64,000 bases of DNA from Candidatus Bathyarchaeota archaeon (GCA_963780185.1 CAWABA010000006.1:864001-928000), one strand, 5' to 3'; positions 1-10,355 are shown, numbered from the stretch's first letter. A program made the numbers and translations. The notes: a model not told the origin generated them from the sequence alone.

Positions 1-16
1 TAAAAAAATAATTTCT

Positions 17-846
17 TAACTGAGTTCTTTTTTAGCAGGCTAAGAGCTGCTTTGTAGGTCACTAGGAACATATTGACTAAACCTAAGATCCTTAAGTTCA
101 TAAAGAGTTCGACAATAGGTGGGCGGCTCTAAGTCCTGATGATTCAAGAAGCTTCACATTTTGCAGAACGTCATGCATTTCTCCCCCACCCAACAACGAC
201 CCATGACTCACAACTATTACGCGGTCGGCAAGCTCCGGCAAGCGCCTCCACATCATGGGTGGAAACCACGATAGTAGTTCCCTCGGCGTTTAGTTCATTC
301 AGCAAATCGATAAGCCCTCTCCTCGGATACAAATCCAAATTCGCAGTAGGTTCGTCAAGGATAAGCAATTCAGGCCTGTAAAACTCAGGCAGTTGCCAAA
401 GAGACTTTTTTCTTTTCCCCAAAACTGAATCGGTGTGGAGGACGATTTTTCAAATGGCTTATACCAATGTCTTCAAGGATATGTTCGCATCTTTGCTGAA
501 TAACTTCTTCAGGAAGCCTCAGGTTCTTTGGGCCGTACGCGACATCTTCAATAACGCTTTGATTAAACAGTTGATCATCAGGGTCTTGGAAAACAATGCC
601 GACTTTTTGCCGTAACTTTTGAAAAGATTTTGAAGCAGTATCTTCACCAAAAACCCTGATTTCTCCTTTCAGCGGAGACAAAAGTCCAGCAATAAGCAAA
701 ATAAGCGTTGATTTACCTGAACCGTTTGGACCCAGCAAAGCTACTCGTTCGCCTTTTTGGATTTCAAGCGACACATCGGTTATTGCTTTTACTCCGGCAG
801 GGTAGCTGAAATTTACGTTTTTTACTGAAATAATTGGCTCTGACAT
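17..846 (-). CDS. cbiO: ECF transporter ATP-binding subunit (CbiO/NikO), frameshifted; 3' end approximate
   Basis: Walker A GPNGSGKST, Q-loop FQDPDDQLF and signature FSFGEKKKV in ORF 385-846; Walker B LLILDEPT and the STHD switch continue in ORF 171-422. Confidence 0.9.
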
Positions 847-1672
847 TAGTTGACCCTCTATAATAGCAGTAAGATTAAACCAAACGCAATTATTATCGAC
901 GATGCAAAGACTGCATCAAGCCACCTAAAAGAAGGTAACGCCAATTTATGGTCATTTTCTATATTGAAGCCACGTGACTTCATCGCAAGTAAACTCTTTC
1001 AGAACGTTCGTAAGTGCGGATGAACAGGGCAGCGAGGATGGCGCCGAAGTCTTTGAGGGCTTGATAATTCATGGTACGTCTGTGTATGTATGTTCGGGCT
1101 TCTTTTGCTATTAGGAAACTCTGCACTTCATGCACAGACACAAAGAAGTACCGGTAAGTCAAGCTGAACAATTGAACAATAACCGGGGGAACTCTCAATG
1201 AAGCCAAAAGCTTCAGCAATTTGTCAAAGCCCAAGGAGACAACCAGAAGACTCAATGATGCGACGCAGAACCATACACGGACAGTAAACACCAAAAACTT
1301 CGTGACTCCCGCAGAGGTAACTGCTAAAGCAAAAAATCTAAAGTTCGCAGCGGCAATCGCTTGCCCAGGCGTTATGAAAAGAATGGGTATGGAGATTAAT
1401 GCTGCAAATGCTGGAATCCAAATAGTTCTGGAAAGAAGATATTTTAGGGGAACTCTGGAGGCCAACGCCAAAATGAAGGGGATTATGCAGATCAACGCTA
1501 AATATGGAAGAGAAAAAATAAAGAGGGAAGCAACTATCATGAAGACAACCACTATGAGGTTGATAAGAGGGTTGATGCTTTGCATCAGGCCGCGCTTATT
1601 GCTTAAGTCTTCAACGTATACCAGTGACTCCGAACCATCGACTATGTCACGTAGTGACTGGGGAACTTTCAT
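846..1672 (-). CDS. cbiQ: ECF transporter transmembrane T component (CbiQ/NikQ), frameshift near the 3' end
   Basis: Hydrophobic protein with LTYRYFFV, EAR and LFIRTYERSERVY motifs; sits between cbiM/N and cbiO. Confidence 0.88.
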
Positions 1673-1962
1673 GTTGACTGGCTCTTTTTTCTATGTACGA
1701 TTTTAGCGACTGCCAGCCCCAGACAGAAGAGTCCCAATGTTCCAAATACGCCAACTATGAGAAGACCCCATGTGTTCTCTAAGCCTGGAATGTTGTAGCC
1801 GTCGAACGGTGCCTTGTAAATCGATGTCTCATTGTCATTCATTTTTCCCGCCTGCTTATCCAACGTTTCGAATGAGTAAGATAATACGAAGGTGCCGACT
1901 AAGACGAATATCATCGCTATTGCGAGTATGAGTATTATGGTTCGTTTGGTTGTTAATGGCAA
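1669..1962 (-). CDS. Small 2-TM accessory subunit (NikN/PDGLE-like)
   Basis: Two TM helices flanking ETLD...APFDGYNIPG; position in the M-N-Q-O operon. Confidence 0.75.
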   Translation of the reverse strand: MPLTTKRTIILILAIAMIFVLVGTFVLSYSFETLDKQAGKMNDNETSIYKAPFDGYNIPGLENTWGLLIVGVFGTLGLFCLGLAVAKIVHRKKSQST

Positions 1963-1974
1963 AGTTCTTTCACC

Positions 1975-2703
1975 TCACTCCTTAGCCTGCTTTTTTTGTT
2001 CGGGGGCTTGCTTGTTTTCATCATCTAAATCCTGCTTGTTTTGGAGTTGTGGGATTCGTTTGAGGATGGGGCTTTGCATCAATAGATCTGGCCGTAGTTT
2101 TAGTAGGGTTCCTACTAGTATCGCCGTGATTATGCCTTCGCCGACGCCTATTATTGAGTGATTCATTGCCATTGCTGGAACTGCTACGTTGAGTCCATAC
2201 TGGAAGACTGGCTGTGAAAGGCCTAGTTCTGTGCCTGCTGCGATAGCTGCTAGTACGTCGCCTGTGAATGCCGACACAAAAATTATGGCGTATAACTTGT
2301 TGCCTTTTACTCCGATCAACTTGTATAGCAACAAGAATATTGCACATGGTACTAGTACGCCGATTATGCCCATGTTTAGGACGTTTGCTCCAAGAGTGGT
2401 GAGTCCTCCATCACCGAAAAGCAGTGCTTGCAGGACCAGGATTACTGTTATGCCGATGCCGCCTGCAAAGGGTCCAAGTATTAGACCCATGGAGGCGCCG
2501 CCGAGCAGGTGAGCTGTGGTTCCGCCTACAACAGGCCAATTCATCATCATTGCGGCAAAGAAAAGCGCACATAGAAGTCCCAGTATTGGGACTTGTTTCT
2601 CGGTGAGTTTGACTTTCTTAATGCAAATTGCCCACCAAATAATGGTTATTATGAAGGCTGGTATGAAGACATATGGGGTTAGATACCCGTCAGGTATGTG
2701 CAT
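1975..2703 (-). CDS. cbiM: Ni/Co ECF substrate component (CbiM/NikM)
   Basis: Diagnostic N-terminus MHIPDGYL, plus GTTAHLLGG, QALLFGDGG and GANVLNMG. Confidence 0.95.
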   Translation of the reverse strand: MHIPDGYLTPYVFIPAFIITIIWWAICIKKVKLTEKQVPILGLLCALFFAAMMMNWPVVGGTTAHLLGGASMGLILGPFAGGIGITVILVLQALLFGDGGLTTLGANVLNMGIIGVLVPCAIFLLLYKLIGVKGNKLYAIIFVSAFTGDVLAAIAAGTELGLSQPVFQYGLNVAVPAMAMNHSIIGVGEGIITAILVGTLLKLRPDLLMQSPILKRIPQLQNKQDLDDENKQAPEQKKQAKE

Positions 2704-2736
2704 ATTTCAATTTTCTCTCCTTGTTCTCCCAATTCA

Positions 2737-2804
2737 GTAATACTTTTATTAAAAAAAGTGTTACTCTTAAATATAAGTGTTACTTTTTTGTTGAATCGTA
2801 TTAC
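2737..2804. promoter_or_regulatory. Two tandem NikR-type operators flanking a TATA box
   Basis: GTAATAC-N14-GTGTTAC (2737-2764) and GTGTTAC-N14-GTATTAC (2777-2804) around CTTAAATATAAG, directly upstream of cbiM/nikM. Confidence 0.7.
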
Positions 2805-2821
2805 TACATTCGGGTGCAAAA

Positions 2822-3064
2822 ATGGAAACCGACAATCAGCCCTCTGGAAAAAGAACAGAGTTCAAAGAAAGAGAAATCGAACGCATGTTTGAAGGAATTC
2901 ATGATGAAATCGCAATAATCTCTGCAACCGCCAAATTCAACTTCACAACGTGCAAAACCGACGAAAAAACCTTCAAACTGACAGTTGCCTATATCGAAGA
3001 CACAAAGAAACTAGCTGCCCTTCTGCAAAATAGGATAAGCCTACTAATTGACACAACAGGTTGA
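2822..3064 (+). CDS. Hypothetical protein, 80 aa
   Basis: ATG ORF divergent from cbiM with protein-like composition; no recognised motif. Confidence 0.45.
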   Translation: METDNQPSGKRTEFKEREIERMFEGIHDEIAIISATAKFNFTTCKTDEKTFKLTVAYIEDTKKLAALLQNRISLLIDTTG

Positions 3065-3119
3065 CCTGCAAGTAACTGCCAAATTTGGCGACCTGCTAGC
3101 TCGAGGAAAAAAGATGGGG

Positions 3120-3950
3120 CTAGAATGGTTTGAACAGCCCTGCGAACACGAGCCAGACGAGCAGTGTTTTGGCTACGAAGCTGAGGATTATGTATGCTCT
3201 TTCGCCGTACAGGTAGTCTTTCCATCGGCCAACTCCGCGGTATTGAAGAACCATGTTGACTGCGAAGGACATGAAAAGAGTCAAGTACACGATAAATATG
3301 GCGTACACGAAACGCGGGACAGAATTTTGGCTGGCAATTATGTCTCCAGTAAAGTAAGCGAAGAGCACGACCCATGGGAATCCGCCTGAGATGCTGCCTA
3401 AAATGAAGGCTGACCAGTTTGTTTTTTCGGTGTTTTGGTTTATCAGCTCCATCAAGTAGCCGAACATTATCATCAACGCGTTGAGCAGGAAAATCATTGC
3501 AAGCGACCAGAAATCCCAGATTCCAACGAAAGTCGCGATGACCCAAATCATAATGGAGCTGGAAAACGCGTATTCGAACCATCGATAAGGATTCATGCCT
3601 TTCTTGAGGTTCTCGTTGTAGCTTTTGTTTTTGGGAAACGCAATCATGAAGTGGGCAAATGAAGATATCAATGGAAAAGCAGCCAGAAGCATTCCCAAAT
3701 GGCTTAGCGTGAAGAGGACTTGAGGGTTTGGGGAGCCGAAGAACGCTGGAGATGTCGGGGATACATGTTGGAATTTGAGGTAGAAAGTGTAGATGTCTGT
3801 GCCTTTGGGCCATTTCAACAGAAAAGTCAACGATAAAATTGCCAGCCCATTTATCAGCTGTAGAATGCCTGCGCCGATGTTGAATCGTTTGAGGTATTGA
3901 AAAGAAATTGGCGATTTCGCGATTATTTCTTGCCTTTCTTTGCGGTTGAT
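3120..3950 (-). CDS. Heliorhodopsin
   Basis: 7-TM protein with NPYRWFEY (counterion Glu), SSSIM, FGYLME, NMVLQY and YIILSFVAK (retinal Lys); likely start near 3950 after GGAGG. Confidence 0.93.
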   Translation of the reverse strand: MNRKERQEIIAKSPISFQYLKRFNIGAGILQLINGLAILSLTFLLKWPKGTDIYTFYLKFQHVSPTSPAFFGSPNPQVLFTLSHLGMLLAAFPLISSFAHFMIAFPKNKSYNENLKKGMNPYRWFEYAFSSSIMIWVIATFVGIWDFWSLAMIFLLNALMIMFGYLMELINQNTEKTNWSAFILGSISGGFPWVVLFAYFTGDIIASQNSVPRFVYAIFIVYLTLFMSFAVNMVLQYRGVGRWKDYLYGERAYIILSFVAKTLLVWLVFAGLFKPF

Positions 3951-4090
3951 TTTTCCGCCTCCAATTTCTCTTTGATGAAAACTGTTTATTAAACTTGCGA
4001 TTTGACAAAAGTGACAAAATCTACCCGATGAACAATGGCATAGGAAAAGCCGCAGTTTGCAAACTTTTACATCCAACACAAAGAGGAAGC

Positions 4091-4876
4091 CTAACCAATT
4101 TTGCCCTCAAAAATCCACGCTTGAGCCGCATATTTTTCTTTGCACAGCCGCTCTGCAAGTTCAACTTCATGAGCCGTTAACTTGCCTATCTCAAGCTGGA
4201 CCTTCAAAGCCGACTCAAATCCCTTAGCCAACGCATCGGCAACAGCTTCAGGCACAACAGTGTGCCCTACCTCGTTTTCTACGCTGGTGATTTTGCGGCT
4301 GCCGATGTCTGCGGCTTGGCTGCAGCTGGCGTTTTTGAGTTTCAGGAGTGTGAACATTTTTGGCAAATCGACACTTCTCAGCACCGTGCCGTGTTGGAGT
4401 ACGACGCCGCGGGTGATGGCTTGGCTGCTTCCCGAGATTTTTTTGCCGCCCACCGTCATGTTCGGGCAGTTTTTTGCGTCGCCGCTGCTGAAGTCGGCTG
4501 TAATGCCTAAAAGCGCCAGCGCTGCTTGGATTGCCTCGTAGATTTTGGCGTAGACGGAGGTTATGTCGGCTGTGCCTAAATCCGCGGTTTTGGCAATCAG
4601 GCTGTAGGTGACTTCGCCCTCATAGTCGTGGTAGACTGTGCCGCCGCCGCTCATGCGACGGACAACATCGACGCCCAGCCGCTTGCAGGCTTCAAGGTAA
4701 ACTTCGGTTTCGGGATTCTGGTTCTTTCCAATGCTGACGGCGGAGGGCTGCCAACGGTAAAACCGCAAGGTGTTCGGCACTTTGTCGGCAATCCGCGCGG
4801 TTAAGATTGCCTCGTCAATCGCCATATTCATGAATGCATTGTTGGTTTGAAGTGGAAGTAAGCGCCAAGTATCCAT
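4091..4876 (-). CDS. Lipoate-protein ligase A / octanoyltransferase family
   Basis: NMAIDEA, VRRMSGGGTVYHD, KKISGSSQ and LQHGT motifs. Confidence 0.92.
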   Translation of the reverse strand: MDTWRLLPLQTNNAFMNMAIDEAILTARIADKVPNTLRFYRWQPSAVSIGKNQNPETEVYLEACKRLGVDVVRRMSGGGTVYHDYEGEVTYSLIAKTADLGTADITSVYAKIYEAIQAALALLGITADFSSGDAKNCPNMTVGGKKISGSSQAITRGVVLQHGTVLRSVDLPKMFTLLKLKNASCSQAADIGSRKITSVENEVGHTVVPEAVADALAKGFESALKVQLEIGKLTAHEVELAERLCKEKYAAQAWIFEGKIG

Positions 4877-5169
4877 ATCGATTCAATCCTTTCCAATGAA
4901 AAATAGGTGTTACTTAAAACTGTTTTGCAAGAGAAAAGGCTTGAGCAAAAAGAGACAAAAAAACTAAAAGCGTGGTGACATCATCCTTGAAGAAACAGCC
5001 GACGTCAATGTTCGGTTTTGTTGTTGATGATGGATGAAGATGATGATGGAGTATTTTTCCTAATTTCCAAAAACTACAAGCCTAGACGATATAGTTGAGC
5101 TTATGAGGGAGTCAACAGATAAAGCCTTAAAACCTGAACTTGCATTTTAGAAGGCAAGAGGAAACAAGC

Positions 5170-6051
5170 ATGAAGGTTATTTGTGGTCCAGCGTCGAAAG
5201 CGCTTGCGGAAGGGGTTTCAGCTCTAACAGGTTTGGGCTGTGTCTCGGTCGCGTCGAAGGTTTTTCCCGACGGCGAATCCTACGTCCGCTTGGAAGGCAA
5301 CGTACAGGGCGAAAACGTCGCAATCGTGCAAACTACCTGCCCGCCCATGCAGGATGGCAAACTTTTCCAGCTGGGGTTCATGGCTGACGCGGCAAAACGC
5401 GGCGGCGCCCAAAAAGTCACGGCTGTCGTTCCCTATTTGGCGTATGCGCGTCAGGACAAAATGTTTCTGTCAGGAGAAGGCATCAGCGTTGAAACCATCG
5501 CGCGAATGCTCAAAGCCTCAGGAATCGACGAGTTAATCACAGTTAACATTCATTCGGAACCTGCGCTGGCGAAGTTTCCGTTTCCAGCCAAAACGTCGAG
5601 CGCTATCCCGCTGCTGGCAGACTACTTCGTGCAGAAGGGCTACAGGGGCGCGTTCGCTCTGTCTCCCGACAAGGGCGCGATGTACATTGCGGAGCAGGCT
5701 CAGAAGGTTTTAGGCGGCGACGCGGGACACCTCGACAAGCAGCGAGACCGCTACACTGGGCAAACGGTGCAGACGGCTCAGGGCTTAAACGTCAAAGATA
5801 AAACGGTCATAATTTTCGACGACATCATCAGCACAGGCGGAACCATCGTGGGGGCAGCAAAAATCCTCCGGGAACAAGGCGCCAAACACGTTTTCTGCGC
5901 ATGCGTACACGGCTTACTCATCGGCGACGCGGAAAAACGCATCCTTGACGCCGGCGTGGAGGAAATCGTGGGAACCGACAGCGTACCCGGAAGCGTCAGC
6001 AAGGTTTCGTTAGCGCCGCTACTCAGCCAGGAACTTAAGGCGCAAAACTAG
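5170..6051 (+). CDS. prs: Ribose-phosphate pyrophosphokinase
   Basis: FPDGESYVR, PYLAYARQD, SPDKGA and DDIISTGGT. Confidence 0.96.
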   Translation: MKVICGPASKALAEGVSALTGLGCVSVASKVFPDGESYVRLEGNVQGENVAIVQTTCPPMQDGKLFQLGFMADAAKRGGAQKVTAVVPYLAYARQDKMFLSGEGISVETIARMLKASGIDELITVNIHSEPALAKFPFPAKTSSAIPLLADYFVQKGYRGAFALSPDKGAMYIAEQAQKVLGGDAGHLDKQRDRYTGQTVQTAQGLNVKDKTVIIFDDIISTGGTIVGAAKILREQGAKHVFCACVHGLLIGDAEKRILDAGVEEIVGTDSVPGSVSKVSLAPLLSQELKAQN

Positions 6052-7100
6052 TGGCAAAACTTTTTTTTCTCCTCTCAGGCGAAAGCGAATCGCTGCCTGC
6101 CGCCGAAGTCAAGGCGATTTTGGAGGCTGAAGGCTACGGCTACGCAAACCCGCAGGTTTTGGATCAGATCCTGCTTTTGGAAGCTGAGGTGGGCTGTGTC
6201 AAGGCGGTGCAGGTGCGGGCGGCTTTTACGAGGCTTTGCGCATTGGAGCTTTTTACTTCGGACGCCACAGAAGCCGCCGCATGCGAAGCCGCAGGTGAAG
6301 CCGATTTTGAAGCCGTCCTCAAGCCTGGGGAAAGCTTTTCGGTGCGGATAAACCGCATAAAAAACTACGCTGACGAAGACATCAACACGATGCGTCTTGA
6401 AAGCAGACTTGGCAAAGTGATTCTTCAACGTGTGCCGCAAGCCAAAGTCAACCTGAAGTGCCCAGACAAAACCTTCATCGGCATAGTTACAGGCGAAAAA
6501 GTGGTCTTCGGCTTAAAACTCACCGAAATCCAATCCAAAACTTTCAGCGAACGCAGACCACGAAAAAAACCCTTCTTCCACCCCTCCGCCATGCCGTCTA
6601 AACTTGCCCGCTGCATGGTAAATTTGGCGCATGGAAAAGCCGACGATCTGCTGCTGGATCCGTTTTGCGGCACAGGAACCTCCCTTATCGAAGCCACATA
6701 CATCGGCTGCAGAGCAGTCGGCGTTGACGCGCAGCGGCGGATGATTTTGGGTTGCAAAAGAAACTTGCGGTACTTCAACATCTCGCCTGAAGGCTTAATC
6801 TGGGGGGACGCACGCCATCTGCCTCTTTTCAAGGTAGACTGCGTAATTACCAACCCGCCGTACGGTCGTTCATCGAGCACTTTGAAGTCAACGACTAAGC
6901 AGTTGGTGCAGGAAGTTTTAGCTGCTTCTTATGACCTGCTAGGGGTGGGGCAACGGATTTGTATTGCTTCTCCCAAAACATTAGGCATCAAGGCAGTAGG
7001 CGTCTCGTTGGGGTACAAGCATGTGGAATCCCACTTCGCTTACGTACACAGAACATTAACGAGGGAAATTGCGGTGTTTGAGAAGGTGCAAAACAAATGA
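6051..7100 (+). CDS. trm11: tRNA (guanine-10-N2) methyltransferase, THUMP + MTase (Trm11/TrmG10)
   Basis: THUMP-like N-terminal half, RRPRKKPFFHP, LDPFCGTG and TNPPYGR. Confidence 0.88.
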   Translation: MAKLFFLLSGESESLPAAEVKAILEAEGYGYANPQVLDQILLLEAEVGCVKAVQVRAAFTRLCALELFTSDATEAAACEAAGEADFEAVLKPGESFSVRINRIKNYADEDINTMRLESRLGKVILQRVPQAKVNLKCPDKTFIGIVTGEKVVFGLKLTEIQSKTFSERRPRKKPFFHPSAMPSKLARCMVNLAHGKADDLLLDPFCGTGTSLIEATYIGCRAVGVDAQRRMILGCKRNLRYFNISPEGLIWGDARHLPLFKVDCVITNPPYGRSSSTLKSTTKQLVQEVLAASYDLLGVGQRICIASPKTLGIKAVGVSLGYKHVESHFAYVHRTLTREIAVFEKVQNK

Positions 7101-8020
7101 GTATCCGCGTTGTTTTTCTGGGAACAAGCGGCAGCGTGCCAACCCTCAAGCGGAGCTTACCGTCTGTCGTGGTGGATTGTCCGCGGCAGATGTGGATGTT
7201 TGACTGCGGCGAAAACACTCAGCGCCAAATGATGCAGGCAAAAGTAAGCTTCCACAAGAAACTCAAAGTTTTCTTAACCCACCTTCACGGAGACCACGTG
7301 CTCGGGTTGCCGGGGGTTTTGCAGACGATGGCGCTGATGGACCGCAAAGAACCCGTCCAGATTTTTGGTCCGCCGGGGATCAAGGATTTTCTGGTCTGCA
7401 CCAAAGAAACCCTTAATTTCGGCTTAACTTTCCCAGTGGAAATCAACGAAATCCTAAGCGAAGGCATGATTCTGGATGAGGAAGAGTACACTCTTGTAGC
7501 TGCAAAATCAAACCATGCAATCCAAAGCTTCGCCTACGCGTTTATTGAGAAGCCGAGGGCAGGAAAATTCTACCCGAAAAAAGCGAAAGCACTCGGAATT
7601 CCAGTGGGGGAGCTGTGGTCTAAGCTTCAGAGTGGACATGAAGTAACGTTGGCTGATGACAGGGTGGTTAAGCCATGCGAAGTGATGGGTCCTCCTCGGG
7701 CAGGAAGAAAAATCGTTTACACGGGCGACACAAGACCCTTCGATGGCTTCGCCAAGTTTGCGGCAGACGCTGACTTGGTGATTCACGAGAGCACATTTGA
7801 CGACGCGTTAGTTGAGAAAGCCGCTTTAGATGGGCATTCAACCCCTAGCCAAGCTGCGGCAGAGGCGAAGGCTGCTGGAGCTAAGCAGTTGGTTTTGATC
7901 CATATCAGTGCAAGATACCCCGACGCCACGTTGCTGCTTGAGCAGGCGAAAAAAGTCTTTGCCAACACCGTGGTGGCTGAGGATTTTATGAAGATTGAAA
8001 TGCCGCTTAAACCGAGCTAA
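7097..8020 (+). CDS. rnz: Ribonuclease Z
   Basis: FLGTSGSVPT, FDCGE, THLHGDH, exosite arm, YTGDT, HEST, GHST and HISARY. Confidence 0.96.
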   Translation: MSIRVVFLGTSGSVPTLKRSLPSVVVDCPRQMWMFDCGENTQRQMMQAKVSFHKKLKVFLTHLHGDHVLGLPGVLQTMALMDRKEPVQIFGPPGIKDFLVCTKETLNFGLTFPVEINEILSEGMILDEEEYTLVAAKSNHAIQSFAYAFIEKPRAGKFYPKKAKALGIPVGELWSKLQSGHEVTLADDRVVKPCEVMGPPRAGRKIVYTGDTRPFDGFAKFAADADLVIHESTFDDALVEKAALDGHSTPSQAAAEAKAAGAKQLVLIHISARYPDATLLLEQAKKVFANTVVAEDFMKIEMPLKPS

Positions 8021-8799
8021 GACAAAAGCTGTTTTAGTTTTTTGATGCTTTCAGGGACATCTGTTACGGATTCGATGATTACTGTTTTGTCGTAGCCTGT
8101 TTTGTTCATGGTTTCTTTGAACGATTCGTAGTCGATTTTGCCTTTGCCGATGCCTAGGTGCTGGTCGTCTGAGCCGTCGTTGTCGCTTGCGTGGATGTGG
8201 ACGATTTTGTCTGCGAGCAAATTGAAGAAGGGTTCTATCTGAGCTTCGAGGTGCGCGTGCCCAAGGTCCAGAGTGATGCCGAGGGGCAGGTTGGTTTCAC
8301 GGTAAAACCGCGCGAATTCTTCAGGTTTATGCATCAGAAACCAGTATTTCCCAGGCAAATTCTCCAACGCAATGTTTAACCCGTATTCTTCAGCTGCTTT
8401 GTAGAGTTCTTGGATGCTCTTAACGTTCTGTTTCCATTCTGCGCCTGGGTAAAATTGGCTGATGCCTGTTTTGGCGCCGGGATGAAAAACCCATACTTTG
8501 GCGTCCAACTCGTTTGCGTAAGCCATGGATTGTTTTAGGCGGTTTAATGAGGCGTTTAGGATGCTTTTTGATGGGGAGGCGATGTTGATGTCAGCGAAGG
8601 GTGCATGCAGGGTGTACTCTAAGCTGTGGCTTTTTGCGGCTTCTTTTAGGGTGGCGACTCGTTTTTTGCTGAGTTCTTGCACGCCGTCATCTACGATTTC
8701 GATGTAGCGGGTCTGCATGGTGCCTAAACGTTTAACCACCCGGTCGAAAGGGTCGCCCAGACAGAAAAGCATCGAAACCCCAACCTTAGCCTTAGACAT
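8017..8799 (-). CDS. Sugar phosphate isomerase/epimerase (xylose-isomerase-like TIM barrel)
   Basis: LHAPF, FHPG, LENL, LDLGHA, HIHASDNDG and DQHL motifs. Confidence 0.85.
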   Translation of the reverse strand: MSKAKVGVSMLFCLGDPFDRVVKRLGTMQTRYIEIVDDGVQELSKKRVATLKEAAKSHSLEYTLHAPFADINIASPSKSILNASLNRLKQSMAYANELDAKVWVFHPGAKTGISQFYPGAEWKQNVKSIQELYKAAEEYGLNIALENLPGKYWFLMHKPEEFARFYRETNLPLGITLDLGHAHLEAQIEPFFNLLADKIVHIHASDNDGSDDQHLGIGKGKIDYESFKETMNKTGYDKTVIIESVTDVPESIKKLKQLLS

Positions 8800-8924
8800 G
8801 ACATTAATTACCTCGCTGTTAACATGAAATGCTAAGGGTTAACTCGCTGAAACCGCTTAATAATCTAATCCCATTTTCAGGCACCTATTGATGTTGAACA
8901 GGGACAATTCAGTTTCATTCGCTC

Positions 8925-9443
8925 TTATGGGAAAAGTCGTCTTCCCCACTGCTGGCTCACGTCGAAGTCGGATGCGCGGGTGGTTTTGCACTGCACATCT
9001 CTAACGCCGAGGGCTAATTCCGCGAATTCCTTGACGGTTACATGTTGGAAGTCCCATGTTGGGGCGCCGAGGCGGATGCCGCTGCACATTGTGTCGCCGT
9101 AAACGTAGAATCGATGCCCACGGTAGTCGTAGGCTGCCTGTTTTTCTTCACCGTACTTCGGCTCAGTAGCCACTTTGAAGGGCCAGATTTTGCATGCTTC
9201 AGGCTTCATGCTTTGCAGTCCGCAATAATAGTTGTTTGCGTGGTTGCAGAGAAAAGCACATGAACCGTCGCCTACCCGCTTAATGTAGAAGCGGTCCAAA
9301 CCAGCAATGGTCGTTTCCGAGCCGAAGGTTTGCGTGAGCCGCAGCCACTCTGGAAAGTTTAGGACTACGCTGTAGAGTTTGCAGCAGTAGCCGCATGCTT
9401 TGCAATGCCAATCAGCTATGTTTTGCCATGGAACAAACTGCAT
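8925..9443 (-). CDS. YkgJ-family CxxCxxCC cysteine-cluster protein
   Basis: CKACGYCC, CAFL, C...KPEACKIWPF and CSG. Confidence 0.85.
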   Translation of the reverse strand: MQFVPWQNIADWHCKACGYCCKLYSVVLNFPEWLRLTQTFGSETTIAGLDRFYIKRVGDGSCAFLCNHANNYYCGLQSMKPEACKIWPFKVATEPKYGEEKQAAYDYRGHRFYVYGDTMCSGIRLGAPTWDFQHVTVKEFAELALGVRDVQCKTTRASDFDVSQQWGRRLFP

Positions 9444-9524
9444 CTGAAGGTAGCTCGCTCAAGGGTCAAGCAGGGCGAAGCTAAAAATGTTTTTCCAACA
9501 GAAAAACGGTATTTTCCCAAAAAA

Positions 9525-10001
9525 CTAGGGTTTTCGGTAGAGATAGATTGTGTGTGACGGGTAGCCGAGTTGCGGGTTTTCGCAGAAGTTCTCAACTTTC
9601 TCTGGGTGCCAACCGATGATTTCGTAGTCATGCGAAACGACGCGTGCGCCTTTTTTGAGGTCACTGTCAAGTTTTGGCCTGATTTTCTCGTTTGCGCTCG
9701 TCGTCAGGTACAGGTAGACTACGTCGGCTTCGGTTAAGTTAACGTTGAACATGTCGCTGTTCACGATGGTTACCCTGTCTTCAAGTCCGTTTTCATGGAT
9801 TGACCCCATGGCTTTCTTAGCTAAATCCTCGCGAAGTTCAACACCGACGCCGCGTGCGCCGAAGGTTTTTGCAGCCATAATTACGGTTCTGCCGTCTCCA
9901 GAACCCAAATCAAAGACTACTTCGCCAGCCCTCAAACCTGCCAGCTTAAGCATGTACTCTACAACGGTGTTTGGGCTTGGAACAAAGGGTGCTATGAACA
10001 T
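9525..10001 (-). CDS. Class I SAM-dependent methyltransferase (archaeal protein-lysine MTase aKMT-like)
   Basis: APFVPSP, DLGSGDGR, GVGVE, VVYLYL and RVVSHDY. Confidence 0.85.
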   Translation of the reverse strand: MFIAPFVPSPNTVVEYMLKLAGLRAGEVVFDLGSGDGRTVIMAAKTFGARGVGVELREDLAKKAMGSIHENGLEDRVTIVNSDMFNVNLTEADVVYLYLTTSANEKIRPKLDSDLKKGARVVSHDYEIIGWHPEKVENFCENPQLGYPSHTIYLYRKP

Positions 10002-10028
10002 TCATTTTCACCTGTTAACAAGTTGCTG

Positions 10029-10355
10029 CTATGCCACGTAGCCGTCCTTTTTCGGGAGGGGTCTTCTTGCTTCGCCGCATTTCACGCAGCTTTGAGCGCA
10101 TAAGTCAAGGTATTTTTCTTCGTCTGCGGATTCGACGGCGTTGGCTGCTTTGAGGCATAGTTCGCTTGGTTCGCTGCAGCCTTCTTCTTTGCACAGGGTT
10201 GAAATGTAGTGGCAAACTTCGCGTACATCTTGAGGTTCTAAAACGGCTCTGTTGGTTCGGACAAGCAGGCAAAGTTCTCTTGCCATGACACAGGTTTTCA
10301 CGTATTTAATGCGTTCCAAAACTTCGCTACGCAAATTCTTACGGCTTATTTCCAC
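10029..10355 (-). CDS. Cys-rich hypothetical protein
   Basis: 108 aa helical protein with 9 Cys, co-oriented and tightly spaced with the methyltransferase. Confidence 0.7.
   Translation of the reverse strand: MEISRKNLRSEVLERIKYVKTCVMARELCLLVRTNRAVLEPQDVREVCHYISTLCKEEGCSEPSELCLKAANAVESADEEKYLDLCAQSCVKCGEARRPLPKKDGYVA

Noticed and set aside
2989-4017. 342-aa ORF overlapping heliorhodopsin
   Set aside because: Alternative frame of a well-supported gene with no motifs
4975-5120. TGATGA-rich hairpin region upstream of prs as a C/D sRNA or fluoride riboswitch
   Set aside because: No properly placed CTGA D box or riboswitch consensus found; too weak to call
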